Shown here in pieces: positions 17,405 to 25,509 of a stretch of 64,000 bases of DNA. The position numbers were made by a program, and so were the translations under genes. The stretch covers positions 1 through 64,000 of IMG/VR virus record IMGVR_UViG_3300010165_000001; one strand, written 5' to 3'. Origin of the DNA: a virus. Under the pieces are notes generated by a model. It did no database searches and was not told the DNA's origin. It saw nothing but the letters and a program-made list of their open reading frames with translations. Within the stretch, counting starts at the first letter, position 1, and every line of letters starts with the position of its first letter.

Positions 17405-19491
17405 TTATCCTTGTAAGCCAAGAATTTACAGGAGATAAAGGGTGGGGATTACTTACTGACCTTATACCCTATACTACTTATGAAGAAGGAACATACTTTG
17501 TAAGTTGGGAAGATAAAAATTATGAAACAGAATTAATACCAGTACCTAAATTTAAAACAGAAAGTAGTACAAATAAAGAATTAGTATTTTACTTTAAAGA
17601 TGCTTTAACAGTTAAACCTATGACTGCTTATGATATTGCAGTTAAAAACGGATTTAGCGGTACAGAAAAAGAATGGGTCGAGTCTATTAAAGGGGAGAAA
17701 GGAGATAGTGGTTTAAACCTTACACAAGGTGGAAGTGCTTATGAGTATGCTCTAGATAATGGTTTTGAAGGAACTGTAGAAGAGTGGTTAGAATCTCTTA
17801 AAGGAGACAAAGGTGATACAGGTGAACAAGGACCTAAAGGACCACAAGGACCTAAGGGTAACAAAGGAGATAAAGGGGAACCTTTAAGATTCTCAGATTT
17901 AACCGAAGAACAAATACAATCATTAAAAGGTAAAGATGGAACTATGACCTTTGAAGACTTAACAGAAAAGCAAAGAGAATCCCTTAAAGGAGCTCAGGGA
18001 GAAGATGGTCTATCTGCATATGAAATAGCAAAAAAATTAGGTTATGAAGGTACAGAAAGTGAATGGGTAGAAAGTCAAGACATTAAAATAAACACAGTTA
18101 AAAAAGAAGCTACTGAAGACCCTTATTACAATGAGATAGTATATAATACTTACTTTGATGACAATTCAAAAAGCATTTATCACGTAGTAGACATACCACA
18201 CAAAGATAAAGACGGGAATCTTATAAAGTTAAAAACAGATAAACCAGCAGAGCCTACAACTGCTAGAGAATTTTCAAATAAATACCAACCTAGTGCGATA
18301 ATAAATTCCTCCGTATTTAATACAAGAACCTTAGTACCTTCAGGTGTGCAAATACAAGATGGTGAAATAATAGAAGATAAACGTTCAGGTACATTAAGAA
18401 CGTTAGGTATCAAGGATGATAATACGTTAATAGATTTCACTTCTGATGTAACAGCTCAAGAAATACTAGATAAGGGTATAAAAAATACTGTGACAGGTTT
18501 TTACCCTATATTAAATGGAGAAGAAAAACCTTACACTACTATTGAAAATGCAAGTTCTAATGTTAATGAACAACACCCTAGGCAGATAATAGCACAAAGA
18601 CCTAATAAGGACTTAATGTTTATTACCGTAGAAGGTAGGACTACCGATAGCGTGGGTATGACTTATGACCAAATGCACGACCTATGTAAAAGATTAGGTG
18701 CTAGTTATGCTTATTGCCTAGATGGTGGAGGTTCTGCTCAAACTGTAGTAAGAGGTAATTTACTAAACCGTCAAGTAGATAATAAAGGAATGTCAGAAAG
18801 GATAGTCCCAGATTTCCTTTATGTAACTAAAGATTCTGATAATAAAAATTCAATTGTTAGTCAGAATTATGATACAGGGAATATTACTAAGAAATTAACA
18901 GAAATTATGTACACAATGTCTAATATTAATGGTGTACCTAGTAATCTAAGTTTTAGTAGTAATTTAGATACTATAGATAAAACAGGATTTTATTGGTCTT
19001 ATAAGGATACTATAGGTGTTCCAGGAGAAATGAGTTATGGTATCCTACACTTCCAAATTTCTGCTAACTCAGCTATGCAGGTTGCCTTTCCTTATCACAA
19101 TAGAGATAGTGAAATTAAATATAGAAGAACAACAGGAACAGGAACTACAAATCAATGGCATGATTGGAGGGGTAATGACACTTCAACATGGAACGGTTTA
19201 ATTTTAGCTGATGGTTGGTCAAATTATGGAAACGGAGAGCCAGGGTTAGGGTATTCACAACAAGGAAATAAAGTATATCTTAAAGGAACTGTGAAAGGAA
19301 GCTCATCTAATAATGTAGTAGCTATTTTACCCGAAGAACTAAGACCTAAAATAATGTTTGTAATCCCTTCTACTAGTAGAGAAGGAGACCAATATAAAGC
19401 CTCAGCTATTAAGATAAACCCACAAGGGGAGGTACAATTACTTAACCCTACTACAGAATGGAATATTATAAGTGTTACGTATTTAATATAA
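17368..19491 (+). CDS. collagen-like fibre/receptor-binding-type protein with phosphodiester glycosidase (DUF2233/NAGPA-like) domain
   Basis: N-terminal FN3-like module shared with 52573 and 52826; three SAYE.A..GF.GT..EW..S motifs; GXY runs (GDKGDTGEQGPKGPQGPKGNKGDKGEP); YCLDGGGSAQ; ATG 17368 after AAGGAG. Confidence 0.7.
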   Translation: MAVLKIYNKEKELILVSQEFTGDKGWGLLTDLIPYTTYEEGTYFVSWEDKNYETELIPVPKFKTESSTNKELVFYFKDALTVKPMTAYDIAVKNGFSGTEKEWVESIKGEKGDSGLNLTQGGSAYEYALDNGFEGTVEEWLESLKGDKGDTGEQGPKGPQGPKGNKGDKGEPLRFSDLTEEQIQSLKGKDGTMTFEDLTEKQRESLKGAQGEDGLSAYEIAKKLGYEGTESEWVESQDIKINTVKKEATEDPYYNEIVYNTYFDDNSKSIYHVVDIPHKDKDGNLIKLKTDKPAEPTTAREFSNKYQPSAIINSSVFNTRTLVPSGVQIQDGEIIEDKRSGTLRTLGIKDDNTLIDFTSDVTAQEILDKGIKNTVTGFYPILNGEEKPYTTIENASSNVNEQHPRQIIAQRPNKDLMFITVEGRTTDSVGMTYDQMHDLCKRLGASYAYCLDGGGSAQTVVRGNLLNRQVDNKGMSERIVPDFLYVTKDSDNKNSIVSQNYDTGNITKKLTEIMYTMSNINGVPSNLSFSSNLDTIDKTGFYWSYKDTIGVPGEMSYGILHFQISANSAMQVAFPYHNRDSEIKYRRTTGTGTTNQWHDWRGNDTSTWNGLILADGWSNYGNGEPGLGYSQQGNKVYLKGTVKGSSSNNVVAILPEELRPKIMFVIPSTSREGDQYKASAIKINPQGEVQLLNPTTEWNIISVTYLI

Positions 19492-19507
19492 AACAATAAA
19501 TAAAGTA

Positions 19508-19536
19508 TTGACATTCTAATTACTATCCTTTATACT
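19508..19536 (+). promoter_or_regulatory. sigma-A promoter
   Basis: TTGACA-17-TATACT. Confidence 0.7.
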
Positions 19537-19571
19537 AAGTATATAATCAATTAGGAGGTAATACATTACGA

Positions 19572-19759
19572 ATGAATTATAAAGCGTATAAACACTATTT
19601 AATAAATTAGAGAAGCAGTTAGAAGATAAAGAATGTTGCGAAAATGAACAATCAGGGTATAAATATATACTAAATTTTCAAAAGGGTCTTAACGATATAG
19701 GTTTCGAAGTACTATACTATGATGATTTAAAAGATATTATAGAAGAACAAAAAGACTAA
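19572..19759 (+). pseudogene. small gene split by a 1-nt frame change
   Basis: ATG 19572 after AGGAGG stops at TAG 19608; the -1 frame is open 19592-19759 (..LEKQLEDKECCENEQSGYKY..EEQKD*) and has no start codon. Confidence 0.4.
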
Positions 19760-19787
19760 TTGAGTTACCAGGATAGTGTGGTATAAT
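19760..19787 (+). promoter_or_regulatory. extended -10 promoter
   Basis: TTGAGT-16-TGgTATAAT. Confidence 0.5.
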
Positions 19788-19840
19788 TTAACAATAAAGT
19801 TGAAATACTAAAGAGACTTGTAAAACACTTATAAAAATAC

Positions 19841-19869
19841 TTGACAAAAGTAAAAACTAATGATATGAT
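19841..19869 (+). promoter_or_regulatory. sigma-A promoter
   Basis: TTGACA-17-TATGAT. Confidence 0.65.
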
Positions 19870-19903
19870 AAAGGTGATAATAAAATAAAAGGAGAAATGT
19901 AAA

Positions 19904-20236
19904 ATGGCAAGAGTAAAAATAAGTAATGTACTTGAAAAAATGTGTGTGGGGAAACTAAAGGAAGAGGTATATAAAAAAAATACTTACGCTTTCGATAACT
20001 TACACAATCACCTATTTAAGTTAAAACTAGACTATTTTAAAAACTCAAACGACCCACATTATCATGATTTACCTGATGAGCTAGTATTCAAAGGTACGTA
20101 TAAAGAGTTATATGATGAAGTGTATAGTAGTGGGTTAATTGAGTCAGAGTATGCTTACGCAAGTAAACTTAAAGAAGAAAATCAATACGGTTCGTTAATT
20201 CAGGTTAAAGTCGGAGAAGTAGAAGTAATTAAATAA
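19904..20236 (+). CDS. hypothetical protein
   Basis: ORF; SD AAAGGAGAA. Confidence 0.7.
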   Translation: MARVKISNVLEKMCVGKLKEEVYKKNTYAFDNLHNHLFKLKLDYFKNSNDPHYHDLPDELVFKGTYKELYDEVYSSGLIESEYAYASKLKEENQYGSLIQVKVGEVEVIK

Positions 20237-20245
20237 AAATTTTGA

Positions 20246-20283
20246 CCCTATCTATTGACTTAGATAGGGTTTTAGTATATAAT
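20246..20283 (+). promoter_or_regulatory. terminator hairpin with -35 box in its loop, fused to promoter
   Basis: Stem CCCTATCTA/TAGATAGGG, loop TTGACT 20255-60, TTTT, TATAAT 20278-83. Confidence 0.7.
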
Positions 20284-20313
20284 AAGAGTATATCAAATAA
20301 GGAGATGAAATGT

Positions 20314-20595
20314 ATGGAAGTCATTATTAAATTAAAAAAAGAATTAGTAGATGAAAATATCTCAGAATTGTTCGTAGGAGTAGAAGTATCGACAATAATG
20401 AATAAAGGTTGGGTATCGTTAAAAGTATCTTATGAGGAGAATAACGTTAATCAATTAAGTTACCATTTAGATGTATTATTTAAAGAGTATTTTAAATATC
20501 ATGACCGTATTGGGATGAGAATTAATAACATGACTTATATGGCAACAAGTGATAATAAAAATGTAAAAGAAATTATGCAGAAATTACTCAAATAG
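20314..20595 (+). CDS. hypothetical protein
   Basis: ATG 20314, 9 nt after AAGGAG; track start 20242 lies inside the promoter. Confidence 0.65.
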   Translation: MEVIIKLKKELVDENISELFVGVEVSTIMNKGWVSLKVSYEENNVNQLSYHLDVLFKEYFKYHDRIGMRINNMTYMATSDNKNVKEIMQKLLK

Positions 20596-20705
20596 GAAAA
20601 ACTAATAAGAATATAAAAAATTAGTCAACCTTAATAAAAATCCACGAAAGGCGTGGTTGACGTTAAATATTACGAATAAAAGAATCATTTTATAGGAGGT
20701 AGAAT

Positions 20706-20945
20706 ATGATACTAAACTTATTAATCAGTTTAAGTATTGTCATAGGATTTGTAATAATCATGTATTTTGTCGCATTAATAATAATTAATATAGCATTTAA
20801 AATAGAATCATTTATTAAAAGAAAAAAAGAAGAAGTAGGATTAGAAAAATGGTATAGAGTGGACACTATTATCAGAAGTGTTTTATTGATAAGTGGAATG
20901 ATTGCACTATTAACATTTTTTGTTTACACTATTCTTTTTACTTAA
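20706..20945 (+). CDS. two-TM membrane protein
   Basis: Hydrophobic N- and C-terminal spans; SD TAGGAGG. Confidence 0.7.
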   Translation: MILNLLISLSIVIGFVIIMYFVALIIINIAFKIESFIKRKKEEVGLEKWYRVDTIIRSVLLISGMIALLTFFVYTILFT

Positions 20946-20966
20946 AACATAAATTTTATTTTAGTG

Positions 20967-20995
20967 TTTACATTTAATAAGTAATATGGTAAGAT
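20967..20995 (+). promoter_or_regulatory. sigma-A-like promoter
   Basis: TTTACA-17-TGgTAAGAT. Confidence 0.55.
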
Positions 20996-21021
20996 TAATA
21001 TATAATAAATTAGGAGGAATT

Positions 21022-21246
21022 ATGATGAAAAAGAAATTTACAATTGAAGTTGAAATGGAAGAAAGATGGGTTAATGATTTTATGTCAATGTTAAATAAAA
21101 TGGAATATCTTGGCAGCTTAGGAGCTTCAAGAACAGTTTCTATATTTTCAGATGGCGATGGGGATTTTCAACCTAAATTTAAATCGGATGTAGAATGGGA
21201 AAAAATAGAATCTGATATAGAAGACAATCATTATGATGCAGGATAA
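21022..21246 (+). CDS. hypothetical small protein
   Basis: ATG 21022 after TAGGAGGA; track start 20986 overlaps the promoter. Confidence 0.65.
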   Translation: MMKKKFTIEVEMEERWVNDFMSMLNKMEYLGSLGASRTVSIFSDGDGDFQPKFKSDVEWEKIESDIEDNHYDAG

Positions 21247-21285
21247 AACATACATTTTATAGGGGAAGTTATAATGGGGATAGGC

Positions 21286-21394
21286 ATTATATAAGTGTTT
21301 ATCTATAACAAGGTGAAATATTATAAGTGATATATAATGTATAAAGGAGATAACGATATGGTGGTATTAAAGATATATAATAAAGAAAAAGAAC
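21286..21394. repeat. right copy of ~109-bp direct repeat
   Basis: Aligns with 17296-17404. Confidence 0.85.
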
Positions 21395-21450
21395 GTATGG
21401 AGTTGTACGAAGAAATTAAGCATATGTATAATCTTAAAGTAAAAGATTAA
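21358..21450 (+). pseudogene. 30-codon remnant duplicating the 5' end of the fibre gene
   Basis: MVVLKIYNKEKE.. versus MAVLKIYNKEKE.. at 17368; diverges after codon 12, stops at 21448. Confidence 0.45.
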
Positions 21451-21493
21451 CCTTGTTATATTAATCATAAATGTATAATAAGGGGTAATTATA

Positions 21494-21856
21494 TTGGACT
21501 TAGAAAATCAATTATATATGTACAAAGCACATGTTGATAATGTTGTAGATGGTGATACAGTTGATATTACTTTAGACCATGGATTTAATTTTTATTCAAA
21601 ACAACGTGTACGGTTATTGAGTGTAGATACTCCAGAACGTGGTCAAGAGAATTACCACCAAGCTACTGAGTTTACAGAAAGTAAACTATTAAATCAGAAC
21701 GTGGTTGTACAGACTTACAAATCAGATAATTTCGGTAGATATTTAGCTACTATATTCTACTTAGAGAATAATGAGTATAAAAGTATTAGTCAAGAACTAA
21801 TGAATAAAGGACTTATAAAACCAAATAGTAAATGGAATACTTTAGAACGAGAATAA
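21494..21856 (+). CDS. staphylococcal-nuclease-like (SNase/thermonuclease) protein
   Basis: VVDGDTVDI..QRVRLLSVDTPER..GRY pattern; TTG start. Confidence 0.65.
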   Translation: MDLENQLYMYKAHVDNVVDGDTVDITLDHGFNFYSKQRVRLLSVDTPERGQENYHQATEFTESKLLNQNVVVQTYKSDNFGRYLATIFYLENNEYKSISQELMNKGLIKPNSKWNTLERE

Positions 21857-21872
21857 ATTTCTCGTTCTTTTT
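21845..21872 (+). terminator. rho-independent terminator
   Basis: GAACGAGAA/TTCTCGTTC stem then TTTTT. Confidence 0.8.
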
Positions 21873-21903
21873 CTTTTATTGACTTTTTTTATTTATATTT
21901 TAG

Positions 21904-21932
21904 TTGACACTTACTTTTAATTATGTTATAGT
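21904..21932 (+). promoter_or_regulatory. sigma-A promoter
   Basis: TTGACA-17-TATAGT. Confidence 0.7.
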
Positions 21933-22003
21933 AGATGTATAAATAATAAGGATTATATAGATAATGATAGAAATTTGTTTATACAGCAGAAAGGATGTAA
22001 TTT

Positions 22004-22234
22004 ATGGATTATGAAACGTTTTTAGCTTTCTTTGATGAAATGAGGGAATGTAAAGTTAAAAGAATTGGGGAATACACCTTAGAGTACGTTTACTTTGGCA
22101 ATGTAATGATGAACCACCCACCTGAAGAGCATATTTATTATATCAAAGATAACGATACTATTAATGCTACTATTGGGGATGACTTTATAGCAAAAAAAGG
22201 TGTGGGAGTAGTTACAGTAATGGTAGTAAAATAA
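22004..22234 (+). CDS. hypothetical small protein (zero-frame product)
   Basis: ORF; SD GAAAGGA. Confidence 0.65.
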   Translation: MDYETFLAFFDEMRECKVKRIGEYTLEYVYFGNVMMNHPPEEHIYYIKDNDTINATIGDDFIAKKGVGVVTVMVVK

Positions 22235-22377
22235 AAGATTTTAATACAATTACAGATTACCTAGACTATTTGTACGATATATGGGAAGAAGAAAATAAAG
22301 AAAAGTTAGAAAAAGCATTAATAGACCTAGAAATAGAAAAACGTAAAAAAGATAAATTAAATAAATTTTTAAGGTAA
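22192..22377 (+). other. start-less -1 frame extension downstream of an A7 run (candidate frameshift product)
   Basis: A AAA AAA G at 22192-22199; the -1 frame is open to TAA 22375-22377, which abuts the next SD. Confidence 0.4.
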
Positions 22378-22389
22378 GGAGAGATAGTT

Positions 22390-22842
22390 ATGGAAACAAT
22401 AACATTCTATAGATTGTTAGACCTATTCAAAGATAGAAAAACGTTAAATAAACTCAATAAAGGTAATTTTATAGTTAAAAAACTTGCATATAATCATGAC
22501 AAGAGTAGTAAAGGACATAATGTACACTTTTATTTTGAGACACCCAACTTTGAAAACTTTTTCACAATTATTGTTAAATTAAATTCTTTTGATGGTTACG
22601 GTAATGATGATATTGAACTTTATCTATTGGCAGGATATACAAGTGGTTTCGTAAGAAAACGAATACCAAATACTTATGATGATTTCTTTAAAACCTTTAT
22701 CCAACTCAGAGATGAGTATATCGAGTATAGAGGAGAGTTCAAAGAATCAAACAAAAAAGAATATGATAAAGAAAACCAAGCAAATATAGAGAAACAAAAA
22801 CAACTAGACAAAATGAAAAATACTTTAGATAAGTATTTATAA
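22390..22842 (+). CDS. hypothetical protein
   Basis: ORF; SD TAAGGAGAG. Confidence 0.7.
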   Translation: METITFYRLLDLFKDRKTLNKLNKGNFIVKKLAYNHDKSSKGHNVHFYFETPNFENFFTIIVKLNSFDGYGNDDIELYLLAGYTSGFVRKRIPNTYDDFFKTFIQLRDEYIEYRGEFKESNKKEYDKENQANIEKQKQLDKMKNTLDKYL

Positions 22843-22857
22843 GGAGGAATAATACTG

Positions 22858-23106
22858 GTGAAGTATGATATTAATGAAAAAAGTTATGATGTAAAGGATT
22901 TAGTATTATCAATTATATATGAAAACTATAGTGATGAAGTAGATAAAGAAATAGAAACTATCTACCAAAAAGCAGAAGCCTTCGATGAAATTGTAAATGA
23001 ACTCCACTATCAGTTACAAAATCTAGAGCGTTGGCAAACTTTAGACCAAAAAGATTGTCAAACACTAAAACAAATACTAGAAGAAAATACTAAGGAGGAT
23101 AACTAA
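22858..23106 (+). CDS. hypothetical small protein, related to 49234..49458
   Basis: Shares IYQKAEAFDEIV / VYRKAKAFDEVI motif; GTG start after AAGGAGGA. Confidence 0.65.
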   Translation: MKYDINEKSYDVKDLVLSIIYENYSDEVDKEIETIYQKAEAFDEIVNELHYQLQNLERWQTLDQKDCQTLKQILEENTKEDN

Positions 23107-23351
23107 TGGAATTTTTTATAGATAGAACAAGCACAATTAATAAAAAGCCTATAGAAGGTGCCTATATAAAGAAATTGGAAGATGTAGACCAAAAAGGTAA
23201 CCCATTTACTATAGAACGTTGGGGTGTAGAAATTAATAGCTTAGAAGAGCTTATAGAGTTAAGTAACCAAGAGGGTGAAGTTATTATTAATACTAGAGGT
23301 GACTCACAATTTTCACCTTACTTAGAAATATATGATTATTATAGAGAGTAA
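23106..23351 (+). CDS. hypothetical small protein
   Basis: ORF; SD AAGGAGGA. Confidence 0.7.
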   Translation: MEFFIDRTSTINKKPIEGAYIKKLEDVDQKGNPFTIERWGVEINSLEELIELSNQEGEVIINTRGDSQFSPYLEIYDYYRE

Positions 23352-23366
23352 AGGAGGATAACTAAT

Positions 23367-23615
23367 ATGAAGCTATATCAAGTAGAACATAATAATTGTG
23401 AACAATATGAAGATAATTATTCTTATAGAGAAGATAAAGTTTACACAAATAAAGAGAACTTAATTAAACGTATTAAAGCAGAAGGGTATGAAGAAAAAAG
23501 AGGTGGTTACCCTCCAGATGGGTATACTTACTATTATAAAGATAATATAGAAGATGTACCATTATTTAGAGAAGATATGATTACTATTCATGAGATAACT
23601 TTAAAAGAAAATTAA
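23367..23615 (+). CDS. hypothetical small protein
   Basis: ORF; SD AAAGGAGGA. Confidence 0.7.
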   Translation: MKLYQVEHNNCEQYEDNYSYREDKVYTNKENLIKRIKAEGYEEKRGGYPPDGYTYYYKDNIEDVPLFREDMITIHEITLKEN

Positions 23616-23629
23616 ATAAAAAAATTTAA

Positions 23630-23667
23630 CTTTACGTATTTACTTTCGTAGAGTTTTACTGTATAAT
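23630..23667 (+). promoter_or_regulatory. terminator-like hairpin with -35 in loop, fused to promoter
   Basis: CTTTACG/CGTAGAG stem, TTTACT 23639-44, TTTT, TATAAT 23662-67. Confidence 0.6.
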
Positions 23668-23696
23668 AAAAGTATAACTAATAAGGAGGAATTATA

Positions 23697-24206
23697 ATGG
23701 AAGATTTAGACAGTAAATTTGACAGTATATTGGAAAGTATTTCAAATATGACTGATGAACAAATTGAAAGTATTAATAAGGATTTAAAAAGAAAAGAACA
23801 GAAGAGAGATTTAATTTCAAGGAAAGCTGAGAATAAAGATTTTGATTTAAATAAGATGTTTGGAGAGGTAATAGATATATACGGAAGTATATCGACAGAA
23901 GATATTCTTTATTCTTATGAAGATAGTTATAAACATCTATATACAAGTGAAGAATTTATGCACCAAGAATTAGACTCTATATGTATGTATGTTAATAACT
24001 TTTACAATGACAATAAAATGGAATATCCACCATTCTATATAGATACTTATTTTGGTATGGATATTTACTTACGATATAATGGTGAATTGTTTAGGTATTT
24101 CTATATGCAAGGGCAAGGAACAGCAGAAGGTTTCACTAAAGGTGGTTTAGCTAAGAGAGTTAAGTATTGCTTGAACTTAAATACTGAGACAGTTGAAAGA
24201 ATTTAA
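23697..24206 (+). CDS. hypothetical protein (last plus-arm gene)
   Basis: ORF; SD AAGGAGGA. Confidence 0.7.
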   Translation: MEDLDSKFDSILESISNMTDEQIESINKDLKRKEQKRDLISRKAENKDFDLNKMFGEVIDIYGSISTEDILYSYEDSYKHLYTSEEFMHQELDSICMYVNNFYNDNKMEYPPFYIDTYFGMDIYLRYNGELFRYFYMQGQGTAEGFTKGGLAKRVKYCLNLNTETVERI

Positions 24207-24245
24207 AACACACATTGGAGTCTTAAATAATAGGCTCCTTGTTTT

Positions 24246-24413
24246 ATGTTGACATTTATTAGCTAGTCTAATTATGTTGACATTTTATTTTTATGAATTT
24301 AAATTTTAAAATCATTAGTGTTGACATTTATATAATAAGGTACTACTTATATAATTACGGGGTGGGTGAACGGGTATGTATAAGAGAGATAAATAACTAA
24401 TCATGTTGACTTT
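24246..24413. repeat. four RTGTTGACWTT boxes
   Basis: 24246-57, 24274-85, 24318-29, 24403-13; none has a well-spaced -10. Confidence 0.6.
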
Positions 24414-24806
24414 ATATTTCAAGAAAAATGTAATTCTAAAAATTTTACCACCAAAATTTTACCAGAAAAATATAAGCCCCAAGAGAGTGTGGGGTAGGTC
24501 TCACACAACCCACATGTTATGGCATATTATAACGGGGGTACTAAATTGTACACAACTCAATAAAAGATAATTAAAATAGAGATAAAATAATTACCTTTTT
24601 TTTATATTAATTATTTTATTCTTTAAGAAATTATTTTATTATTTTAAATTAATTTTTTTATATATTTTAATTATTCATCACAGACCGATTCAACCTCTAT
24701 TCTAAGGACAATAAATCTTTTAGGTACTATTTATCCTAAATAGATATGAAGTACAATGAGAGGGCTCTGTGTGGCTCTCATAATGAATAGAGAAGCGGAC
24801 AAAAAA

Positions 24807-24828
24807 AAGACTATCAATTGATAGTCTT
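24807..24828 (-). terminator. terminator (perfect 22-nt palindrome)
   Basis: AAGACTATCAATTGATAGTCTT followed by T8 in minus sense. Confidence 0.75.
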
Positions 24829-24903
24829 AAGGAATTTAACTAATTTTTCCAAGTCTTTAGTATTCTTCTTTAGTTTGTTTATCTCTTTATCTAATTTGTC
24901 CAT
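24814..24903 (-). CDS. 29-aa Lys-rich helical peptide (not in track)
   Basis: MDKLDKEINKLKKNTKDLEKLVKFLKTIN; SD GAGGAGG; stop inside terminator. Confidence 0.45.
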   Translation of the reverse strand: MDKLDKEINKLKKNTKDLEKLVKFLKTIN

Positions 24904-24946
24904 TGTATAGCCTCCTCAATGCTTACTATGTGCCTCTGTATATCTA

Positions 24947-25426
24947 TTATAGGTCTCTCTCTTCTATTATGATTTGAGCTACCAGTTCAACTGCTAAGCA
25001 TACAAAATTAATTTTATCTTGGTCTGTAGGTAATACCTCTACATCGTTCATACAGTCAAATATAAGCTCCTCTTGTTCCTCCTCGTCCATATCGTACCAA
25101 TCTTCATGAGTCTCTGCGAGTTGTGTTGCTTCGTCTTGCATGAGGTCTAGCATATCTTCATACTCCGTAAAGCTTGTGTTAATCTCACTATTTAATAACT
25201 CCATAAGCTCAACATTTATAATATCGTAAAAAGTATCATGTGTTAAGTCCTCCACGTATTCAAGTATAACCGCTTCAATATCGTCCTCATATCTGTTAAA
25301 GAAATCTACCACGTCTGAAGTATAAATAAGTTCCCCGATTGCTCCGCTTTGTACTCCGTAAGTTGCTACGTCTTCGATTGTGCTTTGTTCTTGTCCCTGT
25401 AAAAATTCTTTTATTGTGTTTGTCAT
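24947..25426 (-). CDS. highly acidic protein (candidate DNA mimic / anti-restriction)
   Basis: 159 aa, very rich in D/E; last gene of the early array; conserved GGGAATTGAT leader. Confidence 0.7.
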   Translation of the reverse strand: MTNTIKEFLQGQEQSTIEDVATYGVQSGAIGELIYTSDVVDFFNRYEDDIEAVILEYVEDLTHDTFYDIINVELMELLNSEINTSFTEYEDMLDLMQDEATQLAETHEDWYDMDEEEQEELIFDCMNDVEVLPTDQDKINFVCLAVELVAQIIIEERDL

Positions 25427-25431
25427 AATAA

Positions 25432-25509
25432 ATCAATTCCCTTCTTATTTGTTACACTAAGTATATCATGGTTACAAGTTACTGTCAATAGTTTTTTTAA
25501 ACTTTTTTA
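25432..25509. repeat. 78-bp promoter+leader cassette, copy 1
   Basis: Apparently identical to 25748-25825; holds UP tract, TTGACA (rc 25483-88), TATACT, leader to SD. Confidence 0.9.

Noticed and set aside
5316-19514. Minus-strand track ORFs inside the plus arm: 5316..5561, 6506..6757, 7265..7462, 12690..12917, 15606..15818, 18180..18440, 19224..19514
   Set aside because: Each lies antisense within or across a longer, well-supported plus-strand gene. None has an SD, and the low-complexity Leu/Ile/Phe/Ser-rich translations are typical of shadow ORFs in AT-rich DNA.
20624-20661. Nested inverted repeat GTCAACC..CCACGaaaggCGTGG..TTGAC downstream of 20314..20595
   Set aside because: It is a short stem without a T-run and with no recurrence elsewhere. 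It is probably a weak transcript-stabilising hairpin, and I cannot support more than that.
24360-24540. tRNA-like or riboswitch-like RNA in the GC-rich part of the junction
   Set aside because: I could fold only short alternative hairpins. There is no cloverleaf, no conserved T-loop and no recognisable riboswitch core.
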